Assembly (NCBI GenBank): GCA_964401865.1
Contig: CAYNZZ010000002.1
Span: forward strand, 1-32,000
From: an uncultured Erysipelotrichaceae bacterium
Lineage (GTDB): Bacteria > Bacillota_I > Bacilli_A > Erysipelotrichales > Erysipelotrichaceae
Length of the DNA: 32,000 bases
Reading direction: 5' to 3'
Shown: piece after piece, positions 8,910 to 17,510 of the stretch
Layout: each line of letters begins with the position of its first letter
Numbering within the stretch: the first letter of the stretch is position 1
Notes under the pieces: generated by a model
Told to the model about the DNA's origin: nothing
The model's input: only the letters and a program-made list of their open reading frames with translations
Databases searched by the model: none
Translations under genes and position numbers: made by a program

Positions 8910-10148
8910 ATGAATATTTATTCAATAAGAAGAAATAGATTACTTAAGGAATTGAAAAATAACGCTTGTGTAATTTTGTTTTCAGGTAATGAAATAATGA
9001 AGAGCGAAGATGAAGCATATGACTTTTGCGTCAATAATAATTTTTATTATCTTACTGGAATTGATGCCGAAGGTATGGCTTTAATGCTTACAAAAAACAA
9101 TGATAATGTCATGGCTAAAATGTTTATTTTACCTTATGATGAAAATTTAGCTAAATGGGTCGGCGGTCGAATGAAAAAAGAAGAAGTTACTTCTATTTCA
9201 GAGATCGAAAATGTTTATGATATTAATGATTTGAACGCTCATTTTGCCAGCTTTTATAATCATACCCGAGGAAAAAGAGGATTTAGTTTATATTTAGATT
9301 TATGGCATTACAATTTTAATCAAGAGACTAGTTTAGGACACAACTTCGCAAGGGAAGTCAAAGAGAAATATCCTAGTATTCAAATCAAGGATATTTATTC
9401 ATATATCACTCAACTTCGCTTGATTAAAGATGAGTATGAGATCTCTTGTATCAAAAAAGCCATTAATATTACTAAACAGGGCATTGAAGTAATGATGCAA
9501 AATATTAAGCCATATCAAAATGAAATGTTTATGGAAGGGGTTTTCCAATTTGCTTTGATGCGCAATTTATGTCGTGAAACATCTTTTAAAACTATTGCGG
9601 CAAGCGGTAAGAGAGCTACAATCCTTCATTATTCTGATAATAATAACATTATGCAAGATGGTGAATTGTTCTTATGCGATTTGGGAGCCACTTATCAAAA
9701 ATATAAGGCTGATATTTCTAGAACTTTTCCGGTTAATGGAAAATTTAGTGATCGCCAAAAAGAAATCTATGAAATTGTATTGAATGCACAAAAGATTGTA
9801 CAGGAAAATGCTAAACCAGGTATAAGCTTAAGAGAACTCAATCAATTAGTAATCGATTATTACAAAGAAGAACTTCCAAAACACGGATTATTAAAAGATG
9901 TCAATGAATATTATTTTCATGGCGTATCACATCATTTAGGTTTAGATACTCATGATGTCAACGGTGGTTTAGGAGATATCTTAAAAAAAGGTATGGTCAT
10001 TACGAATGAGCCTGGCCTTTACATCGAAGATGAAAGTATTGGAATTAGAATTGAAGATGATTTGTTGATTACTGATGAAGGTTCAGAAAATTTATCACAA
10101 GACATTATTAAACAAATCGAAGATATCGAAAAGGCAATCAATGCTTAA
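8910..10148 (+). CDS. Xaa-Pro aminopeptidase / M24B metallopeptidase
   Basis: M24B ligand contexts CDLGATY, ADISRTF, HGVSHHLGLDTHD, NEPGLY and IRIEDD. Strong SD GAGGAGGGAG upstream. Confidence 0.8.
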   Translation: MNIYSIRRNRLLKELKNNACVILFSGNEIMKSEDEAYDFCVNNNFYYLTGIDAEGMALMLTKNNDNVMAKMFILPYDENLAKWVGGRMKKEEVTSISEIENVYDINDLNAHFASFYNHTRGKRGFSLYLDLWHYNFNQETSLGHNFAREVKEKYPSIQIKDIYSYITQLRLIKDEYEISCIKKAINITKQGIEVMMQNIKPYQNEMFMEGVFQFALMRNLCRETSFKTIAASGKRATILHYSDNNNIMQDGELFLCDLGATYQKYKADISRTFPVNGKFSDRQKEIYEIVLNAQKIVQENAKPGISLRELNQLVIDYYKEELPKHGLLKDVNEYYFHGVSHHLGLDTHDVNGGLGDILKKGMVITNEPGLYIEDESIGIRIEDDLLITDEGSENLSQDIIKQIEDIEKAINA

Positions 10149-10990
10149 TTAGATTTTAATTGATATACTACAATTTCTGCATCCGCTGCAAAGCGGATTT
10201 TTTTATTTGTCATACCGACACCATTAGTTATATCTAAGCTTTTGCCGTCATTATTATGAATACCATGATAATATTTTTGACTTCCGTATGGAGTATATAA
10301 AGAGGTCAATAAAGATAAATAGATTTGACCGCCATGTGAATGGCCGGCTAAAAGATAATCGCTAGTCTTTGGCAAATCATCAAATATATCTGGTGTATGA
10401 CATACAGTAAGATTGAATGAGGTTTCATCTACATTATCAAATGCTTCATTGATGTCAGGAGAGCCGAGAGCTAATGAATCAATACCAATTAGTTTGAAGT
10501 ATTGTTTATCACTATTGTATATATTGAAATTCTTATTAGTGATAATCTCGAAATCGGCATCAGAAAGGATATTGGTAATGGCATTTTTTGTATTATCACT
10601 ATCTAAGTCGTGGTTTCCAAGTACCGCAAACTTTCCACTGCTAGTTTTAATATTTTTTAATGAGTTGGTCAGATATTCTCTTTGAATTTCATTTAAAGGA
10701 TTATTAGAGTAATGATCTACCAAATCACCACCAAATATGACTATATCCGGATCGAATTCATTGATATAAGAAATGGTTTTATCCAGAAAATCATCATCTA
10801 TCATTCCGTAATGCAAATCGCTAAAGAAAACAATGGTGAAACCGTCAAAAGTTTTATCTAACTTTTTGCTGACAATATATTCTTCTCGAACTTTTAACTG
10901 GTATGGATTAACGCAAAATGCATTATAAATAAATAATATTATGGTTGTAACTATGCAAGTAATTATAAAAAGTATTTTTTTAAATTTCAT
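10145..10990 (-). CDS. Membrane-anchored calcineurin-like metallophosphoesterase
   Basis: N-terminal TM helix. Motifs SDLHYG, GGDLVD, GNHD and GHSHGGQ. Confidence 0.8.
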   Translation of the reverse strand: MKFKKILFIITCIVTTIILFIYNAFCVNPYQLKVREEYIVSKKLDKTFDGFTIVFFSDLHYGMIDDDFLDKTISYINEFDPDIVIFGGDLVDHYSNNPLNEIQREYLTNSLKNIKTSSGKFAVLGNHDLDSDNTKNAITNILSDADFEIITNKNFNIYNSDKQYFKLIGIDSLALGSPDINEAFDNVDETSFNLTVCHTPDIFDDLPKTSDYLLAGHSHGGQIYLSLLTSLYTPYGSQKYYHGIHNNDGKSLDITNGVGMTNKKIRFAADAEIVVYQLKSN

Positions 10991-10996
10991 AACAGT

Positions 10997-11002
10997 ATTT
11001 TA
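10997..11002 (-). promoter_or_regulatory. -10 hexamer TAAAAT located 6 nt upstream of the metallophosphoesterase ATG (candidate leaderless promoter)
   Basis: The minus strand reads TAAAAT-ACTGTT-ATG, with no SD. Confidence 0.4.
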
Positions 11003-11042
11003 CCTTATTTTCACTATCATTTAATAACATAATTTTACAAAA

Positions 11043-11071
11043 TTAAACCATATTTATGCGTCAGCTATGTT
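11043..11071 (+). promoter_or_regulatory. Candidate promoter of the small intergenic unit: TTAAAC, 17-nt spacer, TATGTT
   Basis: TTAAAC at 11043-11048 and TATGTT at 11066-11071. The match is weak, and TATAAA at 11078-11083 is an alternative. Confidence 0.25.
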
Positions 11072-11096
11072 TTAAACTATAAATGTAAGGTGGTAA

Positions 11097-11150
11097 ATGA
11101 CCTTACCGATATCTCTTATCGACCTGTCTCCCCCTTTTATAAAATATTAA
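11097..11150 (+). CDS. Candidate 17-codon small ORF (MTLPISLIDLSPPFIKY)
   Basis: An SD-like AAGGTGG (11087-11093) lies 3 nt upstream of the ATG. Both the SD and the ATG lie inside the hairpin 11085-11106. An intrinsic terminator follows. There is no homology evidence. Confidence 0.2.
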   Translation: MTLPISLIDLSPPFIKY

Positions 11151-11158
11151 TTTTTTAG

Positions 11159-11184
11159 AAAAAGTCTCTTTATGAGGCTTTTTC
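11159..11184 (+). terminator. Intrinsic terminator in the middle of a divergent intergenic region
   Basis: AAAAAGTCTC-tttat-GAGGCTTTTT: a 5-bp core with one G-U pair, flanked by an A-tract and a T-tract. Confidence 0.5.
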
Positions 11185-11192
11185 TATCTTTA

Positions 11193-11201
11193 TGGTAAAA
11201 T
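11193..11201 (+). promoter_or_regulatory. Extended -10 TGgTAAAAT located 6 nt upstream of ATG 11208 (candidate leaderless promoter)
   Basis: TG at 11193-11194 and TAAAAT at 11196-11201, then AATCTT and the ATG. No SD. Confidence 0.5.
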
Positions 11202-11207
11202 AATCTT

Positions 11208-12857
11208 ATGAAGAAAAAGTTATTGTTTATTATTGCTTTAGTGATTATTGTTTCGTTGGCGATAATTATGCATTTTAATTATTTGGATAATTCATACGAA
11301 GAAAAGTATTTGGCAAGTTATAAAAATGAACTGATTGTTTTAGATGAAGATAAAAATGAACATATTTTAATACGTGGTCAAAAGGTTGAAATGAAAAATA
11401 AGGCAATAATAATCAATGATGTCAAATATCATGAGATTAAATTAGAGAATGGTGATAAGTATTTTGCTTCGATAGATAATTTAGTATCCGATTATAACGA
11501 ATGCGTATTAGAAAAAGAGTTGTATGTAAAGATTAGCTCTTCGCTTCTAAAGACTGGTTCATCAGACATAATTGGTTTATTGAACAAAGGTGACATAGTG
11601 AAGATAGTTGGCTTTGACATGATATTAGATGATGGCGATGTGCAAAAATATCAAGTTGAATATAATGGATTAGCCGGAGAAGTTTACGCTAAATATTTAA
11701 GCGATAATATATCATCTGAAGATAATGAATACTTGAAAATACACATGAATAGAGAAGATATTTATGGTGGTGGTAGTGCTTATGATTTGGACTACACTTA
11801 TTTTGATAAAGTTAAATTTGAAGATAATATTATGCCAGAAATATGCAATACTATCTATATAAATGCCAGTTCGTTGGTAAATATAGATGATTATATTGAA
11901 TTTGCGTTATCGAATAACATTAATGCTTTTGTGATAGATATCAAAGATAGTCATATCCCGACATATGCTTCTAAAGTCTATGAAAAATATTCTCAAACGA
12001 CATATGAAAACGCGAAAATGACATACGATGATTTTGAAATGTATGTTTCTAAAGCTAAGGAAGCCGGAATTTATTTAATTGGCAGAATAACGGTTTTTAA
12101 GGATACAAATTATGCAACCGATCATCCTGAAAGTATGATAATTGATAAAACGACCAATAGTGGTTTATATTTTAATAGCTCGTATTGGCCTAGTGCATTC
12201 AAAAGGGATATTTGGGTTTACAATGTTGAACTTGCTAAAGAGGCGGTAGTTGATTTTGGTTTTAATGAAATTCAGTTTGACTATACGCGTTTTCCTGATC
12301 ATATTGATGCCATGGAATATAGAGGAGAAATTGATTTGTTAAACGAATATAACGAATCAAAAGCTCAAGCTATTCAAAGATTTATTATGTACGCTGCAGA
12401 TGAGTTACATTCAGTAGGAGCTTATATATCTGTCGATGTCTTTGGCGAGACTTCAAACAGCTATGTGACAGCTTATGGACAATATTGGCCAGCTATTTCT
12501 AATTATGTCGATGTTATATCGGCTATGCCTTATCCTGACCATTTTGGTAAGCATGATTATGGTATTTCAAAAGCGGTGTGGGAAGTTCCTGATGAATTGC
12601 TTAGTGCATGGGGTAAAGATGCGATGAAAAGACAGGAAGAAACACCATCAAAAGCTATTGTGAGAACGTGGATTCAAGGATATGATGCGATGCGTGATCC
12701 ATACACTGTCTATGATGCGGATATGATTCTCAAACAGGTTAATGCTCTATATGATCGAGGTCTAGATGGTGGATTCATCATTTGGAATGCTGCTTCAAAT
12801 ATCGAAAGATATAAAAGCTATGCCGAAGCTTTTAATTCATTACCTATTGATAGATAA
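11208..12857 (+). CDS. Membrane-anchored putative glycoside-hydrolase-like protein (DUF4015-type TIM barrel) with an SH3-like segment
   Basis: N-terminal TM helix. SH3-like stretch GDIVKIVGF..YQVEYNGLAGEVYAKYL. NAFVIDIKD, IGRITVFKD and GFNEIQFDYTRFP, which I recognise as DUF4015 hallmarks. Not verified by HMM search. Confidence 0.6.
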   Translation: MKKKLLFIIALVIIVSLAIIMHFNYLDNSYEEKYLASYKNELIVLDEDKNEHILIRGQKVEMKNKAIIINDVKYHEIKLENGDKYFASIDNLVSDYNECVLEKELYVKISSSLLKTGSSDIIGLLNKGDIVKIVGFDMILDDGDVQKYQVEYNGLAGEVYAKYLSDNISSEDNEYLKIHMNREDIYGGGSAYDLDYTYFDKVKFEDNIMPEICNTIYINASSLVNIDDYIEFALSNNINAFVIDIKDSHIPTYASKVYEKYSQTTYENAKMTYDDFEMYVSKAKEAGIYLIGRITVFKDTNYATDHPESMIIDKTTNSGLYFNSSYWPSAFKRDIWVYNVELAKEAVVDFGFNEIQFDYTRFPDHIDAMEYRGEIDLLNEYNESKAQAIQRFIMYAADELHSVGAYISVDVFGETSNSYVTAYGQYWPAISNYVDVISAMPYPDHFGKHDYGISKAVWEVPDELLSAWGKDAMKRQEETPSKAIVRTWIQGYDAMRDPYTVYDADMILKQVNALYDRGLDGGFIIWNAASNIERYKSYAEAFNSLPIDR

Positions 12858-12859
12858 TG

Positions 12860-13798
12860 TTATCTAAAATACTTTCCTTGCCATGTGTTCTCCTTGAACA
12901 TTAATTTATCAATATCGTTTAGAATTGTAGTTTTGTTTAAAACCCAATCAGGTGCTAATAAATCATCTTTTATTGGATCGCCTGTCAAACGTTCGACGAC
13001 TACACAAGGATTTAAATATTCCAACTGTTTTACCACAAGTTTAATATATTCTTCTCTCGAGAGTATTTTAAATTTGTTTTTTTCGTATTCTTTGCCTAAT
13101 CTGGTATTTTTCAAGACATGCAACATATGGATTTTGATGCCAAAAAAATGAAGATGATTAATGTCTAGTATTGTCTTAAACATATCTTCAACACTTTCAA
13201 AAGGCAAACCATTCATAATATGAATGCATATGGGAATATCATAATAATTTAATCTATTAATTGCTTCTTTGAATTCATCAAATGTATGTCCACGATTAAT
13301 TAGTAATGCTGTTTTGTCATTGCTACTCTGTAATCCCAATTCGATGTTGATGCGTTTAATTTTGTTTACATCGGATAAATATTTAAGAGTGTCTTCTTCA
13401 AGACAATCACATCTAGTGGCGATGGATATTTCTTTGACTTCTTCTAACGATATAAATGGTTCGATCATTGATTTTATTTTTTCTAAACTGCCATAAGTAT
13501 TAGAAAAAGACTGAAAATAGGGGATATAAAAGCCATTATGCCACTTGTTATCCATAATCTTTTTATTTTTTAAATATTGATTTAAAGGGTCATCGCTTAT
13601 TGCGACGTTGGCATCACCGCTCCCTTTGTTACTACAGAAAATACAACCGCCAAAACCTTTTTTGCCATCACGATTAGGGCAAGTAAAACCGCCATCAATA
13701 ATTACCTTAGCAACTTTGGTGTGATATTGACTCTTTAAGTAATAGTTGTAAGTATGATATCTCTTGTTGTCGAGACTATATTTAAAAGGATTATTCAT
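12860..13798 (-). CDS. Radical SAM protein, TIGR01212 (YtqA-like) family
   Basis: The signature CPNRDGKKGFGGCIFCS. The start is moved to MNNPFKYSLD (ATG 13798) because the upstream 68 codons overlap the leuS T-box leader and its promoter. A TATAAT also sits 6 nt upstream of this ATG. Confidence 0.8.
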   Translation of the reverse strand: MNNPFKYSLDNKRYHTYNYYLKSQYHTKVAKVIIDGGFTCPNRDGKKGFGGCIFCSNKGSGDANVAISDDPLNQYLKNKKIMDNKWHNGFYIPYFQSFSNTYGSLEKIKSMIEPFISLEEVKEISIATRCDCLEEDTLKYLSDVNKIKRINIELGLQSSNDKTALLINRGHTFDEFKEAINRLNYYDIPICIHIMNGLPFESVEDMFKTILDINHLHFFGIKIHMLHVLKNTRLGKEYEKNKFKILSREEYIKLVVKQLEYLNPCVVVERLTGDPIKDDLLAPDWVLNKTTILNDIDKLMFKENTWQGKYFR

Positions 13799-13804
13799 AT
13801 GTTT

Positions 13805-13810
13805 ATTATA
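13805..13810 (-). promoter_or_regulatory. -10 hexamer TATAAT located 6 nt upstream of the radical SAM ATG (candidate leaderless promoter)
   Basis: The minus strand reads TATAAT-AAACAT-ATG, with no SD. Confidence 0.45.
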
Positions 13811-13820
13811 GAATAATAAG

Positions 13821-13849
13821 TTGATTTTGACATTTAAAAAAGGTAATAT
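13821..13849 (+). promoter_or_regulatory. Candidate promoter of the leuS T-box leader: TTGATT, 17-nt spacer, TAATAT
   Basis: TTGATT at 13821-13826 and TAATAT at 13844-13849. This places the TSS just upstream of the Stem I base at 13862. Confidence 0.4.
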
Positions 13850-13855
13850 AAAAAA

Positions 13856-14053
13856 GTAATCGTCGAAGAGTAGTATCCTTGTGATTAGTAAAGAGAAACT
13901 TTGTTTGGTGAAAAAAGTAGTAATGAAAAGGTGAACTTGCTTTGACATAAAGATTAATCGTGACTTTGCGTTAAAGAGTTTAAGGTGCATGTGTAAACAC
14001 ATGAACTAAGGTGGTAACGCGTTTATGACGTCCTTAGAATGGGCGTTTTTTTA
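13856..14053 (+). promoter_or_regulatory. T-box riboswitch leader, leucine specifier CUU
   Basis: The Stem I base GTCGAAG (13862-13868) pairs with CTTTGAC (13940-13946). GAAGAGTAG lies on the 5' side. AGAGA is at 13892-13896, and the distal loop GGTGAAA at 13907-13913. The specifier context is GAA-CTT-G (CTT at 13936-13938). The T-box sequence AACTAAGGTGGTAACGCG spans 14004-14021, and its TGGT bulge is compatible with an A73 discriminator. A terminator hairpin follows. Confidence 0.9.
14028..14053 (+). terminator. T-box terminator hairpin
   Basis: ACGTCC (14028-14033), ttagaat loop, GGGCGT (14041-14046), followed by TTTTTTT. Confidence 0.8.
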
Positions 14054-14070
14054 TTTAGGAGGGGAGATAA

Positions 14071-16467
14071 ATGACTTACAACTATCAAGAAATTGAAGCG
14101 AAATGGCAGAAATTTTGGGAAGAAAATGAGACTTTTAAAGTTGATACTCATGATTTTTCTAAACCAAAATTTTATGCATTAGATATGTTTCCATATCCTT
14201 CAGGAGTTGGTTTACATGCTGGACACCCAGAAGGTTATACTGCTACCGATATCGTATCGAGAATGAAGAGAATGCAGGGATTTAATGTTCTTCATCCAAT
14301 GGGTTTTGACTCGTTTGGTCTACCGGCTGAACAATATGCGATTCAAACAGGAAATCATCCGGCCGGTTTCACTAACAAGAATATTGATCATTTTATTGAT
14401 CAGTTAAAGAAATTAGGATTTTCTTATGATTGGTCAAAGATGATTTCAACTTCAGATCCTAATTATTATAAATGGACACAATGGATTTTTAAACGCTTGT
14501 TTTTGGATGGATATGCAAAATGTGTTGAAATGCCAGTAAATTGGTGTGAGGAATTAGGAACCGTATTAGCCAATGATGAAGTTATTGATGGTAAATCTGA
14601 AAGAGGTGGATATCCAGTTATCAGAAAAAATATGAAGCAGTGGATTATCAATATCCCTGCTTATGCTGAAAGATTACTCGAAAATCTTGACTCTTTGGAT
14701 TGGCCTGAAAGCACAAAAGAGATGCAAAGGAACTGGATTGGTAAATCTATTGGTGCTGAAGTTAAATTCAATGTTGCTGATAGCGACAAATCTTTTGTGG
14801 TATTTACAACGAGATGTGATACTTTGTTTGGCGCTACATATTGTGTATTGTCACCAGAACATCCTTTGGTTGATGTCATTACAACCGAAGAAAATAAAGA
14901 AATCGTTTTGAATTATAAAAAAATGTGTGCCAGCAAGTCTGATATGGAAAGAACAGAATTGAACAAGGATAAAACTGGTGCATTTACCGGTGCTTATGCG
15001 ATTAATCCGGCAGGTGGTAAGAAGATTCCTATTTATATATCTGATTATGTTTTGATGACTTATGGTACTGGCGCAATTATGGCAGTACCTGCTCATGACG
15101 AAAGGGATTATGCCTTTGCTAAGAAATTTAATCTTGAAATAATTCCAGTCATTGAAGGTGGGGATATTTCAAAAGAAGCATACACTGGTGATGGTGTTCA
15201 TATTAATTCTGATTTTTTGAACGGCTTGAATAAACAAGATTCTATTGATGTGATGCTTAAATGGCTCGAAGAAAAAGGATTAGGTAAAAAGAAAGTCAAT
15301 TATAAAATCAGAGAGTGGATCTTTGCTCGTCAAAGATATTGGGGTGAACCAATACCGGTAATTCACTATGAAGATGGAACTATTGGTGTATTGGATGATG
15401 AAGATTTACCACTTGTTTTGCCAGACTTGGATGACTATGGCCCTTCTAAGAGTGGAGGCTCTCCACTAGATAAAGCTAGTGATTGGGTGAATGTTAATTA
15501 TAAAGGTAAAAGAGGTAAACGTGAAACATCGACAATGCCAGGTTCAGCAGGTTCGAGCTGGTATTATTTGCGATATATTGATCCAAATAACGACAAATGT
15601 TTCGCTGATCCTGAATTGATTAAACACTGGATGCCGGTTGATTTATATATTGGTGGTCCTGAGCATGCTGTCGGACATTTGTTGTATTCTAGGATGTGGA
15701 ATAATTATCTATATGATAAAGGCTTGGTTTTCCACAAAGAACCATTTAATAAATTGGTTCATCAAGGATATATCTTAGGTTCCAATGGTATCAAGATGGG
15801 CAAGAGATTTCCGGAATTTGTCGTTAATCCAAGTGACATTGTCAGAGATTATGGCGCAGATACATTAAGGTTGTATGAAATGTTCATGGGGCCATTAGAG
15901 GCTGATAAACCATGGTCAACTCAAGGCATTGAGGGAGCTCATCGTTGGCTTGAAAGAGTATGGCGCTTGGTAGTTGAAAGCGATAAGCTATCCGATGAAA
16001 ATGATGGATCATTGGATTATTCTTATAACTTTATGATTAGGAAGGTTGGTGAAGACATTGATAGTCTTCGCTTAAATACAGCCATTTCACAAATGATGAT
16101 CTTCATTAATGACTGCTACAAAGTAGAAAAAGTATATAAAGAATACATAATTAATTTTGTACAGGTATTATCATGTTTTACGCCACATATCTGCAATGAG
16201 ATGTATGAAATCTTAACCGGTAAACATGACTTGACATATCGTACTTGGCCAAAATATGATGAATCAAAATTAGCACTTGAAGAAAAAGAAGTTGTAGTTC
16301 AAGTAAATGGAAAAGTTAGAGCTAAATTCATGGCTAGTACATCACTGGATGATGAAGAATTATTTAATGAAGCTCTTAAACAGGAAAATGTTATTCGTTT
16401 CATTGATGGAAAGGAAATAAAAAAACATTTTATAATTAAGGGCAAAGTGATAAATATTGTTATTTAG
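14071..16467 (+). CDS. leuS: Leucyl-tRNA synthetase
   Basis: [17 protein letters not shown] (HIGH region). CP1 editing motif [26 protein letters not shown]. 798 aa. SD AGGAGGGGAG upstream. Confidence 0.97.
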   Translation: MTYNYQEIEAKWQKFWEENETFKVDTHDFSKPKFYALDMFPYPSGVGLHAGHPEGYTATDIVSRMKRMQGFNVLHPMGFDSFGLPAEQYAIQTGNHPAGFTNKNIDHFIDQLKKLGFSYDWSKMISTSDPNYYKWTQWIFKRLFLDGYAKCVEMPVNWCEELGTVLANDEVIDGKSERGGYPVIRKNMKQWIINIPAYAERLLENLDSLDWPESTKEMQRNWIGKSIGAEVKFNVADSDKSFVVFTTRCDTLFGATYCVLSPEHPLVDVITTEENKEIVLNYKKMCASKSDMERTELNKDKTGAFTGAYAINPAGGKKIPIYISDYVLMTYGTGAIMAVPAHDERDYAFAKKFNLEIIPVIEGGDISKEAYTGDGVHINSDFLNGLNKQDSIDVMLKWLEEKGLGKKKVNYKIREWIFARQRYWGEPIPVIHYEDGTIGVLDDEDLPLVLPDLDDYGPSKSGGSPLDKASDWVNVNYKGKRGKRETSTMPGSAGSSWYYLRYIDPNNDKCFADPELIKHWMPVDLYIGGPEHAVGHLLYSRMWNNYLYDKGLVFHKEPFNKLVHQGYILGSNGIKMGKRFPEFVVNPSDIVRDYGADTLRLYEMFMGPLEADKPWSTQGIEGAHRWLERVWRLVVESDKLSDENDGSLDYSYNFMIRKVGEDIDSLRLNTAISQMMIFINDCYKVEKVYKEYIINFVQVLSCFTPHICNEMYEILTGKHDLTYRTWPKYDESKLALEEKEVVVQVNGKVRAKFMASTSLDDEELFNEALKQENVIRFIDGKEIKKHFIIKGKVINIVI

Positions 16468-16479
16468 TGGAGCATCTGT

Positions 16480-17394
16480 ATGATAAGGAAATATGAAGTT
16501 GTATCTAAATATGACAATTTAATTTTAGATGTGTTAAATTATCACATTGATAATCCTAAGGCTGTGATCGAAATATCTCATGGTATGGCTGAACATAAAG
16601 AAAGATACATTCCTTTTATGGAATACTTCAATTCAAAGGGTTATGCTTGTGTGATACACGATCATCGAGGACATGGCAAAAGTGTTAAGGACAAGGATGA
16701 TTTAGGATACTTTAACGATGCTAAAGCCGATGCGATTGTTGAAGATTTATCGCTAGTCATCGAAGATACAAAAAAGAGATATCCTGATAAGAAAATTATT
16801 TTATTAGGTCATAGTATGGGATCGATGGTTGTTAGAAAGTATATCAAAAAGAAGGATGATAATATTGATGCGTTGATCGTTTGCGGCTCGCCTAGTTTTA
16901 ATCCTCTGAGTAAATTAGCTTTAATTTTAATTAAAATTATGGAGATATTTAAAGGTGAACGATATCGTAGTAGCTTGATACAAAATTTAGCCTTTGGTTC
17001 TTACACAAAAGGAATCGATGGAACACTAGACGAAAGATGGATTTCTTATAATGAAGATAATGTAAAGTCATATCATGAAAACGAATTAGATGGTTTCACT
17101 TTTACTCTTAATGGCTTTAAGAATTTATTCACATTGATGCAGGATATTTATCATAAAGAAGGCTGGAATGTAAGCAATAAAGATTTACCAATTCTATTTA
17201 TAGCGGGTGAAGATGATCCGGTAATTATTTCGAAAGAAAAATATCAAGATGCACAAAACTACTTAAAGAATTTAGGTTATCGTGATGTTGAAAATTATCT
17301 ATATCCAATGATGCGTCATGAGATACTTAATGAGAATGATAATGAGATTATTTTTACTGATATTTTAGCTTGGATATCCAAGAAAGGGATATAA
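16480..17394 (+). CDS. Alpha/beta hydrolase (lysophospholipase / monoacylglycerol lipase-like)
   Basis: SHGMAEHKERY, DHRGHGKS, nucleophile elbow GHSMGS and a C-terminal His in MMRHEIL. Confidence 0.8.
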   Translation: MIRKYEVVSKYDNLILDVLNYHIDNPKAVIEISHGMAEHKERYIPFMEYFNSKGYACVIHDHRGHGKSVKDKDDLGYFNDAKADAIVEDLSLVIEDTKKRYPDKKIILLGHSMGSMVVRKYIKKKDDNIDALIVCGSPSFNPLSKLALILIKIMEIFKGERYRSSLIQNLAFGSYTKGIDGTLDERWISYNEDNVKSYHENELDGFTFTLNGFKNLFTLMQDIYHKEGWNVSNKDLPILFIAGEDDPVIISKEKYQDAQNYLKNLGYRDVENYLYPMMRHEILNENDNEIIFTDILAWISKKGI

Positions 17395-17398
17395 AAAC

Positions 17399-17465
17399 AA
17401 ACCTGTCGTTGCAAAAGATGTAATATTCAAATGATATTTATCTTTAAGCGATGACAGGTTTTATT
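17399..17465 (+). terminator. Long imperfect hairpin, likely terminator of the hydrolase gene (possibly bidirectional)
   Basis: An outer 13-bp stem pairs 17400-17412 with 17448-17460 (two G-U pairs). Inner helices are AAAGAT / ATCTTT and AATAT / ATATT. T-rich sequence follows on the plus strand, and an A-run precedes it. Confidence 0.55.
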
Positions 17466-17470
17466 AATTT

Positions 17471-17498
17471 AAAAATCCATCATATTTCTATGACGGAT
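17471..17498 (-). terminator. Intrinsic terminator of rpiB
   Basis: ATCCATCAT (17475-17483) pairs with ATGACGGAT (17490-17498) with one mismatch. On the minus strand it is followed by TTTTT. Confidence 0.6.
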
Positions 17499-17510
17499 GT
17501 GTACAAATAA

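Noticed and set aside
11159-11184. Interpreting the intergenic terminator as a riboswitch or attenuator controlling the downstream DUF4015-like gene.
   Set aside because: An extended -10 (TGgTAAAAT) lies between the terminator and the ATG, 6 nt from the start codon, so the gene probably has its own promoter. I could recognise no known riboswitch core sequence. It is kept as an independent small unit with low confidence.
13799-14002. A 68-codon N-terminal extension of the radical SAM ORF (ORF track 12860..14002).
   Set aside because: The extension runs antisense across the leuS T-box leader and its promoter. It encodes a low-complexity, Phe/Leu-rich peptide typical of AT-rich non-coding DNA. 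The internal ATG at 13798 gives the family-typical N-terminus and has its own -10 element.
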